The notes under the pieces were generated by a model, which had not been told where the DNA came from, ran no database searches, and saw only the letters and a program-made list of their open reading frames with translations. Positions 19,558-28,148 of a stretch of DNA of 64,000 nucleotides are shown here, piece after piece. Location: contig JAZREK010000026.1 in NCBI GenBank assembly GCA_045660765.1, positions 360 to 64,359 on the forward strand, in the 5' to 3' direction. The translations under genes and the position numbers were made by a program. Every line of letters starts with the position of its first letter. Position 1 is the stretch's first letter. The DNA comes from Clostridia bacterium. GTDB lineage: Bacteria > Bacillota > Clostridia > UMGS1883.

Positions 19558-20276
19558 TTGAATTTGTGTAAAAACTTACCGTAAAGTTTGTTATATAATT
19601 TAACACCGATAATTCGTTTTATTCGCGTCGTCCTTTTCGTTACATCGGATGTCCACGAAGCCGAGTAATGATGTATTGAATACGTATTTTCTGTTATGGT
19701 CTTTTCCCCTGTATAATAATCCATTGGGCAAAGATAATCCTGCGGAAGAAAAACCACATCCATAAAAGTCTGATTAGTTACAGATACATCCATTCCAAGT
19801 CTTTTTAGTGCGTCTGTATTCCTGTCGGGACATGGAGTAAGGTCGTAGTTTCCGTCTTCTAAAACAAATGGGATGTCATCATAATCTTTCAAAAATTCTT
19901 CAACGATTTTATTCCCTTTTTCAGCACCGAACCCAAGTCCAGTTGCAACGATTCCTTTTTCATCAAACCCCATAAACCCACTATTTTCAAGTAAGGTGTC
20001 AATTGGTTTTATAATCTCTACATCAGTATCTAAATATATGCCACCGTTTTCGTAAATTATTTTAAGCCTTGCAACATCACTTACAAACGCCCACTTTCCT
20101 GCTTCATAAGCTTCACGCATATAGCGATTCTGCGCAAGGTCGAAGTTTTCTTCATTCCAACAGATTATTTCATAATCAGGACAATATTTTTTCCAGCTTT
20201 TAATACACTTTTTGGCGAGTTTGGGCATTTCGCCTTTACCGAACCAACAATAGTGAATCACTTTAGGAATACTCAT
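19542..20276 (-). CDS. GT32-family glycosyltransferase (DXD 'Gly_transf_sug' type)
   Basis: VIHYCWFGKGEMP...YLDTDVE motif. Confidence 0.65.
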   Translation of the reverse strand: MSIPKVIHYCWFGKGEMPKLAKKCIKSWKKYCPDYEIICWNEENFDLAQNRYMREAYEAGKWAFVSDVARLKIIYENGGIYLDTDVEIIKPIDTLLENSGFMGFDEKGIVATGLGFGAEKGNKIVEEFLKDYDDIPFVLEDGNYDLTPCPDRNTDALKRLGMDVSVTNQTFMDVVFLPQDYLCPMDYYTGEKTITENTYSIHHYSASWTSDVTKRTTRIKRIIGVKLYNKLYGKFLHKFKWLEW

Positions 20277-21781
20277 GCTTTATTCCTCCATAATTCAAGC
20301 AAGTTTTTGAATGTGCCCTTGAAAAATACGAAATTGACAACAATATACATCGGCACAATCCAAAGTGAATGGAGTATTCCTTTTGCCAAAAGATCAACAA
20401 AAGAAACTCCGCTGAAACTATCTACAAAAAAGATTCCCATTACAAGAGCAAAAAGTGCACCGTTAACTATCCAAAGCTTATATGTATTAAAAATACCGCG
20501 AGCAAGCACTTTTCGGTTTGAATAATAAATTATCATTGCCCCTCGGTACAACAGAGCTACGATTGTACCTAAAATAGCACCGCAGATTCCCCATTTGAGA
20601 ATTGAAACTATTGAAACGGTAATATTTATAACCATTTCCCAGATTGCATGGGAGCGTGTTTCATCAAATTTTCCTGAAAATTCAACTACATGATTTGATG
20701 GAAGCTTTCCGTTTGACAAAAGATTCATTATGACAAATAGGAAAACCAGATAAACATTAGTATAGTTAGCATCATTTATTCCTTTTGTGTAAATCTGAAT
20801 AAGCGGTAACAGAAAAACTGCCATAAGAGTATAAATAACAAAAGTAGCCATTATATAAAAAGTTTCATATGCGTTGTAAACCTTTGAAAACTTTTCTTTA
20901 TCAGTGTGAAACATCTGACCAAGCGCAAAACTGAAACCCGAAGTTATACTCGTAATAAATGTCTGAACCTGAGAAAAGAATATATTGTAAATTGCATAAA
21001 CACTTACTACTTTAAAGTCACACAAAAACGACAAAAGCAAAACATCGGTATTATTGAAAATCATTCCTGAAAACTGATGAACAAGAACCGACTTTCTTTG
21101 AGAAATTGCCTCAAAATCAGGTTCTGCCTTACAGTTAAGCCACTTATACCTTCGTTTTGCACTGATATATACATACCCAAGTTGTAAAAGTGACAATATA
21201 CAATATACAAGCTGAATCAACAAAAGGCTGTCCGTAAGCACTAGTACAAGTATTTTAGCAACGTTAGACAAAAGCTGAAGAACTATTTCCGAATTTGTGA
21301 TAACGTATTTTCTGCCATCAACTTCCAACAGGATTCTGTATTTAGTTTGTACGAAATAACTGAAAAGTGCAGGCAGTGCAGTAAGAATAATAATCCAGAA
21401 AACAACGCCTGAATCCACTCCGGTAGGAATTATATACGCATACACTACTGCAATTAAAAGAACTATCGCTGTATAGAGAATACCTATTTTTAAATAGTAA
21501 CTGTGGGTTGCTGATATGATGGCACTTACCTTGTCGTGATCCTTTTCAGCAACAGGTTTATAAAGAGCCTGCGTAGTAGCAAGCCCCACGCCTGCTTCAA
21601 GCAGGAACATATAAACAAAAATCTGTTTTATGGTAGATAAAACACCATTAACCTCTGAACCAAAATTTTCAAGATAGAGTCTGGGAATAAGGAAACTCAG
21701 AACAATTAAAATAACCTGATACAAAAAACCCGATAACAAATTATATTTTATTCTGTTATCTTTTGTCTGCATCCTGAGCAC
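20273..21781 (-). CDS. wzx: Wzx-like oligosaccharide flippase (MOP superfamily)
   Basis: ~14 TM helices; polysaccharide_synt-type N-terminus. Confidence 0.7.
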   Translation of the reverse strand: MLRMQTKDNRIKYNLLSGFLYQVILIVLSFLIPRLYLENFGSEVNGVLSTIKQIFVYMFLLEAGVGLATTQALYKPVAEKDHDKVSAIISATHSYYLKIGILYTAIVLLIAVVYAYIIPTGVDSGVVFWIIILTALPALFSYFVQTKYRILLEVDGRKYVITNSEIVLQLLSNVAKILVLVLTDSLLLIQLVYCILSLLQLGYVYISAKRRYKWLNCKAEPDFEAISQRKSVLVHQFSGMIFNNTDVLLLSFLCDFKVVSVYAIYNIFFSQVQTFITSITSGFSFALGQMFHTDKEKFSKVYNAYETFYIMATFVIYTLMAVFLLPLIQIYTKGINDANYTNVYLVFLFVIMNLLSNGKLPSNHVVEFSGKFDETRSHAIWEMVINITVSIVSILKWGICGAILGTIVALLYRGAMIIYYSNRKVLARGIFNTYKLWIVNGALFALVMGIFFVDSFSGVSFVDLLAKGILHSLWIVPMYIVVNFVFFKGTFKNLLELWRNKA

Positions 21782-21808
21782 CTTCCTTTCACAGATTTTT
21801 TAGTGTAA

Positions 21809-22213
21809 TTAGTTTTTGTCTTCTTTTTTCTCCAGAAATATTTTTCGTGTAACGAAATTATACATCGGTACAAATAACATTGCAAATGCCTTGACCCAAA
21901 GATAGTAAACGGTAAAAAATTCTGTACCGACCCACATTATAAGCTGATTTAATCCTAATCCACCAAGGCTTAAAACGACGAATAAAATAAACTCTTTTGT
22001 TTTACTTTCGCCATCGCTTTTAAAAACAAAAAGCATGCTTAATATGTAATTCACAATAACCGATGCTGTAAAAGCGAGCGCTGATGCAACCAGAACATCT
22101 ATATTTATGACTTCTTTAAGAAACATCAAAACGCCCAGATCAATCAGTGTTGCAATTACACCGACAACACCGAATTTAATCAGTTGTATTACGAGTTTTT
22201 TCACACTTTTCAC
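21809..22213 (-). CDS. gtrA: GtrA-family small membrane protein (polyprenyl-P-sugar flippase component)
   Basis: 134 aa, 4 TM, FGVVGVIATLIDLGVL...VVNYILSMLFVF...FVTRKIF signature. Confidence 0.75.
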   Translation of the reverse strand: MKSVKKLVIQLIKFGVVGVIATLIDLGVLMFLKEVINIDVLVASALAFTASVIVNYILSMLFVFKSDGESKTKEFILFVVLSLGGLGLNQLIMWVGTEFFTVYYLWVKAFAMLFVPMYNFVTRKIFLEKKEDKN

Positions 22214-22216
22214 CTT

Positions 22217-23059
22217 TTAAAAATTCAACATATACTCTTTTGCAAAGCTTTCCGCGTGCGCTTCGGGAAGCGGTTTGGAATAATACCAGCCCTGGATATA
22301 GTCACATTCACTTTTGGAAATCAAATCGTTTTGCGTTTCTGTTTCAACACCTTCGCAAACTGCCTTCAGATTGAGATTATGCGCAAGAGAGATAATTCCC
22401 ATTAAAAGTTTCTTCCCTTTGCATTCGTTAGCAAGAAGAAGAATGTCACGATCAATCTTTACAACGTCGATAGGATATTCGCACAAGCTTATAAACGAGG
22501 TGTATCCACTTCCGATATCATCAAGTGCAATAGGAAATCCAAGCTCTTTCACCTGCAGCATATTGCTCATAGCAAGTTTTAAGTTCTTTTCAATTGAATC
22601 TTCAGTGATTTCTATCAGAAGCTTACTTCTGTCAAACTCGTATTTGTCTGAAATACTCTTTATTGTTTCTACAAAATTCTTTTCGGATATAGTAAGTCTT
22701 GTAAAATTGCAAGAGATTGAAATTTCATTAAATTCAGTGTCCTTCCACTCTACGAGCTTCTTGCAGGCAAGCTCGAACATATGATAGTCGAGTCGTGCAA
22801 TAATCGAGTGCTTCTCCATTACGCCGATATATTTTACCGGCGGAATAATCTCTCCCGCTGAATTTTCCCATCTTGACAACGCTTCTGCAGAAGCAATTTT
22901 CTTAGTCTTGTTGTCAACAATAAACTGGAGATACATTTTAAACTCTCCATTTTCAAAACCTTCTTCTATTTTTCGAAGCAGGTTTTTTTCGTATGATGAC
23001 TCTTTCATACCTGATAAAAGTGCAGTTATTTTCCCAGCGAATTTATTACTCATTTTCAT
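22217..23059 (-). CDS. Stand-alone EAL-domain c-di-GMP phosphodiesterase
   Basis: EALSRW, DDIGSGYTS, EGVET, QGWYYSKP motifs. The ORF track starts at a GTG (23068); the ATG at 23059 or 23053 follows GAGGAAA. Confidence 0.75.
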   Translation of the reverse strand: MKMSNKFAGKITALLSGMKESSYEKNLLRKIEEGFENGEFKMYLQFIVDNKTKKIASAEALSRWENSAGEIIPPVKYIGVMEKHSIIARLDYHMFELACKKLVEWKDTEFNEISISCNFTRLTISEKNFVETIKSISDKYEFDRSKLLIEITEDSIEKNLKLAMSNMLQVKELGFPIALDDIGSGYTSFISLCEYPIDVVKIDRDILLLANECKGKKLLMGIISLAHNLNLKAVCEGVETETQNDLISKSECDYIQGWYYSKPLPEAHAESFAKEYMLNF

Positions 23060-23117
23060 TTTCCTCACTATCTTAATCTTTTTTGATTACATAATATGTG
23101 GGGTACTCTTTTTGTGC

Positions 23118-23174
23118 TAAAACAAAAGCTGCAATAACAAAAAGCCTTACCAAAGACTTTTAATCATTGCAGCT
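23118..23174 (-). terminator. Terminator/attenuator hairpin in the EAL leader (AGCUGCAAU...AUUGCAGCU followed by UUUUGUUUU)
   Basis: 9-bp stem with an internal AAAAG/CUUUU extension and a U-tract, ~60 nt upstream of the EAL start; likely the expression platform of the upstream aptamer. Confidence 0.5.
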
Positions 23175-23245
23175 GGACTGGCATAGTACTAAACCTTAGC
23201 CTCTTTGCTTTGCGTCGCCGACTTTCATCGGTTTTGCTAAATATT
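23165..23245 (-). ncRNA. Candidate c-di-GMP-I (GEMM) riboswitch aptamer in the 5' leader of the EAL gene
   Basis: Minus-strand leader reads UUUAGCAAAACCGAUGAAAGUCGGCGACGCAAAGC. Compared with the Vc2 GEMM-I core GGGCAAACCAUUCGAAAGAGUGGGACGCAAAGCC, it has the junction GCAAA, a GNRA-type hairpin (CCGA-UGAAAG-UCGG) and the ACGCAAAGC junction. I could not fold the second (receptor) helix convincingly by eye. Confidence 0.5.
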
Positions 23246-23257
23246 TGACTATTTGTC

Positions 23258-23286
23258 ATTATATTACAATGATGAGCTTTTGTCAA
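23258..23286 (-). promoter_or_regulatory. Sigma-A promoter TTGACA-17-TATAAT driving the riboswitch/EAL transcript
   Basis: Reverse complement reads TTGACAaaagctcatcattgtaaTATAAT, immediately after the stop of the DGC gene. Confidence 0.65.
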
Positions 23287-23292
23287 CAAAGT

Positions 23293-25584
23293 TTACTCTT
23301 TTGAGAAAACCCAAAGAGTGTCTGTTATTGATGAACCAATTTTATAAACACTCAAAGCAACAACTTCGTTGTTATTCTTTTTATACCTGATTTTCGGGAG
23401 CTTATTTTCAGTTAACTGTTTCTTTATAGCATCATAATTCAAAAAGCTTAACACCGATCTGTGGTAATCGGGGTTAACGGATTCTTCCACATACTTTGTA
23501 AAAAGTTTTGAATAGTGCTCCTCATCTTCGTTATATCCCAAATATGCAGGCATCAAAATGCGTTTTGCTTTATCGCTGTCAAGAGATACACGGTATATGC
23601 CGTTGTAATTTTCTTTAAGCATTGAAAGAAGTGTATCAATTTCAACTATTCCTGTTTTCAGCTGTACGTACTCTTCTCCAGAATTTATTGAATTTGTTTT
23701 CAATTCTTTATTCTGATAATACTGTGCTTTTGCTTCGTACATTCTCTTTTCAGCTTCACTTACCATTTCTTTAGTATTTGTGTTTTGGCTTCTGTAAGAT
23801 ATACCTGACGCAATGTGATATTCGCGCAGTTTAAGTTGTTCCTTTACAAGGTTTATACCTTTTTCAACTTCTCCCTGGTTAGAATTCTTGCAAAATACTA
23901 AAAATTCATCTCCACCCATTCGGTAGACCTTCTGTCCGTAAAACACTTCGCTTAAAGTATTTGCAATGTAGATTAACATTTCATCGCCTGCAGCATGTCC
24001 GTATTTATTGTTGCAAAGATGAAGTTCATTTACATCAATATAAATGCAAGAAAAGTTCAAAGGTTTCTCTTCATCAAAGTCTAAAATATCTTTATTGTAC
24101 AAGACGCGATTTCCAACTCCCGTAAGAGAATCAGTTGTTGCGACAAGTTCTGTATTGTCAAGATGCGTTTTGTTGTAAAGAGCCATTGAAAAACATGCAG
24201 AAATTTTTTCTGCAAGCATTCTTGCTCTGTCGCCGTGTTTTGAATTTATGGCAGCAAGAATTATCACATGGTTTCTATTGTTTATTGTGGCTGAAAAAGA
24301 AACCTCCTCCATGGTTTTCTCCTTCATAAACTTATAAAAAGAGGGATTTGTTCTGAGCATATGTTTGTTTGGCTTTACACACAGAACATTAACTGTTTTT
24401 CCATTAAGTTTATGATAGTCAAGCGCATAACGAATAAGTTCAGCTCTGAAATAATTTCTTTCTTTTTCCTCAAGTTCAATTTCATCAAACGTTGGCGTAA
24501 TATAGTGATAGGATCCGCCACTCGTGTCGAAGAATATGGTAGTTCTCGCACAGGCGAATTCGCAAAATATCTGTAAGGCATCAGCTATATTTTCTTTTCC
24601 GTCAATAGTTTCCAACAGTTCCTTTCTGATTTCAGATGCGCTCGCCGTTACAGCATTAAGACTTTTTTCGTTTTTCATTATAAGCAACAAATACAGCGCC
24701 ATAATTGCAACCAAAACAAAAAACGAAACAAGAAGCAACTGCGATGTTTTATGTGTTCCCACAAAAACCTGAGAATCATATCTTCCCAGGGCAATCATCC
24801 ACCCAAATTCCTCAATTGCGGAGTAGTGCAAAAGAAGGTTCTCGTTTTTATACTTTGACTCAAACTCGGTAAATCCCTTGTCGGTTTTTATAAAGGTTTC
24901 ATACGAATATCCTTTTTTGTACTTTCTATCTTCCAGGGCTGATATGTTTTCCAATTCATCTTGAATTGTATCTATAAGAATATCACCTGAATCTTTTTCA
25001 TAAATAAAAAGCTGGGCGTCAAGTTCCTGTACTAAATCAATATATCTTTTAGCGAGTTTTTCCGGTTTTATAGCACCGTACAATACAGCAACGATTTTTC
25101 CATCCACTATAATGGGAACAGCACTTCTTATAAGTACATAATCCTTATTGGTGATGTCTCCTATTTTCCCACTTATATATGCACGCTTATTTTTCTCTTC
25201 TTCAAACGAAAGAGCTCCATTGGTGTCAGAGGTCCCGGCCTTGGTTGAAAAAGTGTTGTCTGAATTCAATATTCCGATGTTTTCAATCATTCCTATCGGT
25301 TTGAAAGATTCAAACAAAAGGTCGTAATCTTCGCCGTCTTTATAGAGCTTCGCAGCAAAGTTTGCCATGGTCTCAAGATTTTCCCTGTCCGACGTTAATT
25401 GCAAAATAATATCGTCTTTAATCTGCTTGGTCTGGACGTGAAGATTTTCATATTCCTTTTCCTTTGCATCTGTATATAAATACGACAAAGCACCAAAAAA
25501 TACCGTACATAATAATATTACGGCTATTATTGTATAAAAGACGTTATGTTGCTTATGTTTTTTCATTCCGAACTTAGTTGCCAT
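23293..25584 (-). CDS. Sensor diguanylate cyclase: TM, ~250-aa extracytoplasmic sensor, TM, linker, GGDEF (intact motif), ~120-aa C-terminal uncharacterised domain
   Basis: Two TM helices flank a periplasmic-type domain. GGDEF domain has TDSLTGVGNRVLY...YIDVNELHLCNNKYGHAAGDEML...YRMGGDEFLVF, with the catalytic GGDEF intact. Extra C-terminal region has no recognisable motif. Confidence 0.8.
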   Translation of the reverse strand: MATKFGMKKHKQHNVFYTIIAVILLCTVFFGALSYLYTDAKEKEYENLHVQTKQIKDDIILQLTSDRENLETMANFAAKLYKDGEDYDLLFESFKPIGMIENIGILNSDNTFSTKAGTSDTNGALSFEEEKNKRAYISGKIGDITNKDYVLIRSAVPIIVDGKIVAVLYGAIKPEKLAKRYIDLVQELDAQLFIYEKDSGDILIDTIQDELENISALEDRKYKKGYSYETFIKTDKGFTEFESKYKNENLLLHYSAIEEFGWMIALGRYDSQVFVGTHKTSQLLLVSFFVLVAIMALYLLLIMKNEKSLNAVTASASEIRKELLETIDGKENIADALQIFCEFACARTTIFFDTSGGSYHYITPTFDEIELEEKERNYFRAELIRYALDYHKLNGKTVNVLCVKPNKHMLRTNPSFYKFMKEKTMEEVSFSATINNRNHVIILAAINSKHGDRARMLAEKISACFSMALYNKTHLDNTELVATTDSLTGVGNRVLYNKDILDFDEEKPLNFSCIYIDVNELHLCNNKYGHAAGDEMLIYIANTLSEVFYGQKVYRMGGDEFLVFCKNSNQGEVEKGINLVKEQLKLREYHIASGISYRSQNTNTKEMVSEAEKRMYEAKAQYYQNKELKTNSINSGEEYVQLKTGIVEIDTLLSMLKENYNGIYRVSLDSDKAKRILMPAYLGYNEDEEHYSKLFTKYVEESVNPDYHRSVLSFLNYDAIKKQLTENKLPKIRYKKNNNEVVALSVYKIGSSITDTLWVFSKE

Positions 25585-25630
25585 AATTAATACCTTCTCA
25601 ATTAAATAATAGTTTTAAAAGACATAATTA

Positions 25631-25659
25631 TCCATCAAAAATTATATCATATTTTTTCC
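25631..25659 (-). promoter_or_regulatory. Sigma-A promoter (TTGAAA-17-TATAAT) for the DGC gene
   Basis: Reverse complement reads TTGAAAcagaggaaaaaatatgaTATAAT, ~45 nt upstream of the ATG. Confidence 0.55.
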
Positions 25660-25700
25660 TCTGTTTCAATAATTTTTCTGTAAAAACCACTATTATTTCG

Positions 25701-25750
25701 ACAAAAAACAAACAAAGCGATTAAACAAAATGTTTAATCGCTTTGTTTTA
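25701..25750 (-). terminator. Rho-independent terminator of dtd (CAAAGCGATTAAAC/GTTTAATCGCTTTG, 14-bp perfect stem)
   Basis: Hairpin followed by a U-tract on the minus strand. Confidence 0.75.
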
Positions 25751-25757
25751 AAAAACA

Positions 25758-26207
25758 TTAAAAAAGCTCATTACTATCCAGGACTAAAGTGAATGGTCCG
25801 TCGTTCACAAGTGCCACTTCCATATCTGCGCCAAATTGACCACATTCCACTTTCCCAAAAATGGTTCTGCACTTTTCTTTTACATATTCATAAAGCTCTT
25901 CTGCAAGTGCGGGAGATCCTGCATTTATAAACGAAGGTCTGTTTCCTTTTTTGCAGTCAGCGTAAAGTGTAAACTGTGAAACCACCAAAACTTCGCCTGA
26001 TACTGCTTCTATATTGAGGTTTGTCTTACCCTCGCTATCCTGAAATATGCGAAGGCGGGAAATCTTTTCAATCATTTTATCGGCGATTTCGCGCGTGTCA
26101 TCGTTTGACACACCAAGGAGGAGTAAATATCCCAGCCCTATCTCGCCTACTTTGTTACCTTCTATGGTAACAGATGCTTCTTTTACACGCTGTAAAACGA
26201 TTTTCAT
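25758..26207 (-). CDS. dtd: D-aminoacyl-tRNA deacylase
   Basis: MKIVLQRV...[17 protein letters not shown]...NDGPFTL motifs. Confidence 0.85.
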   Translation of the reverse strand: MKIVLQRVKEASVTIEGNKVGEIGLGYLLLLGVSNDDTREIADKMIEKISRLRIFQDSEGKTNLNIEAVSGEVLVVSQFTLYADCKKGNRPSFINAGSPALAEELYEYVKEKCRTIFGKVECGQFGADMEVALVNDGPFTLVLDSNELF

Positions 26208-26638
26208 ACTGTGTCTACCTTTTCACTTTCTTCCACTTCTATAAGTCCGTCAGGAGTTTCAAGCAAATCGTGTTTCTGCAGGAAGAACTTTCTCACCGCA
26301 AAGAGCACTGCAATCGCGCAAACTGTAATAAGGTTCTGAATGGGAGTTGTATGTTCAACAATAAGTTGACGAGCAAGTGCGAAAGCAAGTACCTCAATAA
26401 TCGTTTCGGGAGTATGCTTACAAAGCATCTTTATAAGCTCGGCACCGATTGCAAGAGTGATTGCGCTGTCAAGAATATTTATGAGTGAAACCGATTCATC
26501 CTTAAGTGTAGAAATATCAAATGTGTCTACAACAAGTTTTACCGCAAAAGCTAAAATCGTAATTCCTACAATTACTGATATAAAAAGCTCAAAAAGGTAA
26601 CTAACCTCAAACATTTTATCCTGTAGTTTTTTTCTCAT
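26204..26638 (-). CDS. Small 4-TM membrane protein, PsiE-like (phosphate-starvation-inducible family); tentative
   Basis: Size and TM topology; weak motif similarity only. Confidence 0.35.
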   Translation of the reverse strand: MRKKLQDKMFEVSYLFELFISVIVGITILAFAVKLVVDTFDISTLKDESVSLINILDSAITLAIGAELIKMLCKHTPETIIEVLAFALARQLIVEHTTPIQNLITVCAIAVLFAVRKFFLQKHDLLETPDGLIEVEESEKVDTV

Positions 26639-26654
26639 ATGTTTTCTCCTTTAA

Positions 26655-28124
26655 TTAAATAAGATATGACGGACGTAAAACAACAAAGGAATACTGTCCT
26701 AAAAGACTGTCGATAAAGATATCGACTTCTTCGCCAATAAGAGTTTTTACCTCGCCGTCGTATTCAAAACGACCGACAAGCTCTTCCCCGTTATAATAAG
26801 AGCTGTAAGTAGTAAGTCCGAAATTATCATCGCATAAAAGAATTATATCGCCCTCAATAAGGTCGCGTCTTAAAAGCTTATTGCATCTTACATACGGATA
26901 GGCGATTTTTTCGGGTGTAATAACTGCCATTCCTCCAAAAAGAGAATATACCCCCATCGTTTCAGCAGGAATCTGTGCGCGCCTTGAAAGAACATCACCA
27001 CTTAATGTATCGTGAATGTAGAATATCTTATAAAAAAGCTCTTTTTCGAGAGGCGAGAAATTAATTCCAATTTCCTTATAAGCCTCCGACGCGGCTTCTA
27101 CTGCAATTTTACCTGCTTTTATATTCTTAACTGTGTTTTCACTTACTTTAGCAAGCTCTTCCTTTGAAATTGACTTTCCTGTAAGCACCTTCGGAGCAAC
27201 CACTAAAAGTCCGTTCACAAAAACCTTGGGTCCGTTCACAAAAACTTCTTCGTCGTCATCAAGAATTACTTCAAAGTCGAGTTTTGTTTCATTCCCTGTA
27301 GAAAGCTTTTCTTTTTTCTCGCTTTCTGTAACAATCGTAGTTCCTTTCGGAGCTTCAAAAGTAGCGGTTATATCTTTATCTTCGTTGCCATTATTACGGA
27401 CAAGTACGCTGTATGTGACTTTCTCACCTTTTGATGCATGGTGCCCGCCAGGATGTGAAACTTCAACACCGCAGATAAGATCTTTAGCAGAAGTTAATCT
27501 TGCCATTGTTTTAGCAGTTGGCTCGCCTACAACTTCAAGCGGTCTTTCAATAGCAATTCTTTTTATAGCCTTACTTTCAAAAACTTTCTCATCAATAACT
27601 TCATCACTATCAATCACAAAAAGCCCGCCATCTTCATACTCGCGACTTTTCTTTTCGCCGTAATCGTAACTGTTAGGTCTTCCGTTCGTTGCGCAATGCA
27701 CAAATTTTCCCTCTCCCAGATAAATAAGAGTGTGTCCGCTGCCACTGAAACGGTCGTACGTCATTACATCGCCCGGTTTTAATGTATCCTTGATTTTCTG
27801 CTTGATAGCTTCGATTTCCTCTGGTGTTTCTTCATACGTTCTTGCATAAAGAAACACTCTGGGTTCAAGGTAATCCACCATATGCCAAGTCAGTTCAAAG
27901 GGTATTTCATATCCGAATGCTTCCCAGAAAACGATATTTACAAAGGACGAGCAATCAAGAAAGACTGTCCTTTGCCCCGTCGCTGTTTCGGGAGAAACAT
28001 ACTTATCACGTCTTGGTGTTGTGATAAGCTTTCTGTCCATACAACGCTGGTCATACTGTATTCTATTTCCTCGATTAAGATACGCATTGGCAACTTCTAA
28101 AAGTGCCTGTTCTTTAATACCCAT
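26655..28124 (-). CDS. Multidomain protein with N-terminal NlpC/P60-/CHAP-like papain-fold Cys-His domain; no signal peptide
   Basis: Candidate catalytic Cys in DCSSFVNIVFW and His in SGSGHTLIYLG; central Ig-like region; C-terminal unknown domain. Confidence 0.45.
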   Translation of the reverse strand: MGIKEQALLEVANAYLNRGNRIQYDQRCMDRKLITTPRRDKYVSPETATGQRTVFLDCSSFVNIVFWEAFGYEIPFELTWHMVDYLEPRVFLYARTYEETPEEIEAIKQKIKDTLKPGDVMTYDRFSGSGHTLIYLGEGKFVHCATNGRPNSYDYGEKKSREYEDGGLFVIDSDEVIDEKVFESKAIKRIAIERPLEVVGEPTAKTMARLTSAKDLICGVEVSHPGGHHASKGEKVTYSVLVRNNGNEDKDITATFEAPKGTTIVTESEKKEKLSTGNETKLDFEVILDDDEEVFVNGPKVFVNGLLVVAPKVLTGKSISKEELAKVSENTVKNIKAGKIAVEAASEAYKEIGINFSPLEKELFYKIFYIHDTLSGDVLSRRAQIPAETMGVYSLFGGMAVITPEKIAYPYVRCNKLLRRDLIEGDIILLCDDNFGLTTYSSYYNGEELVGRFEYDGEVKTLIGEEVDIFIDSLLGQYSFVVLRPSYLI

Positions 28125-28148
28125 AACTTTTCACCTGATATATAGAAA

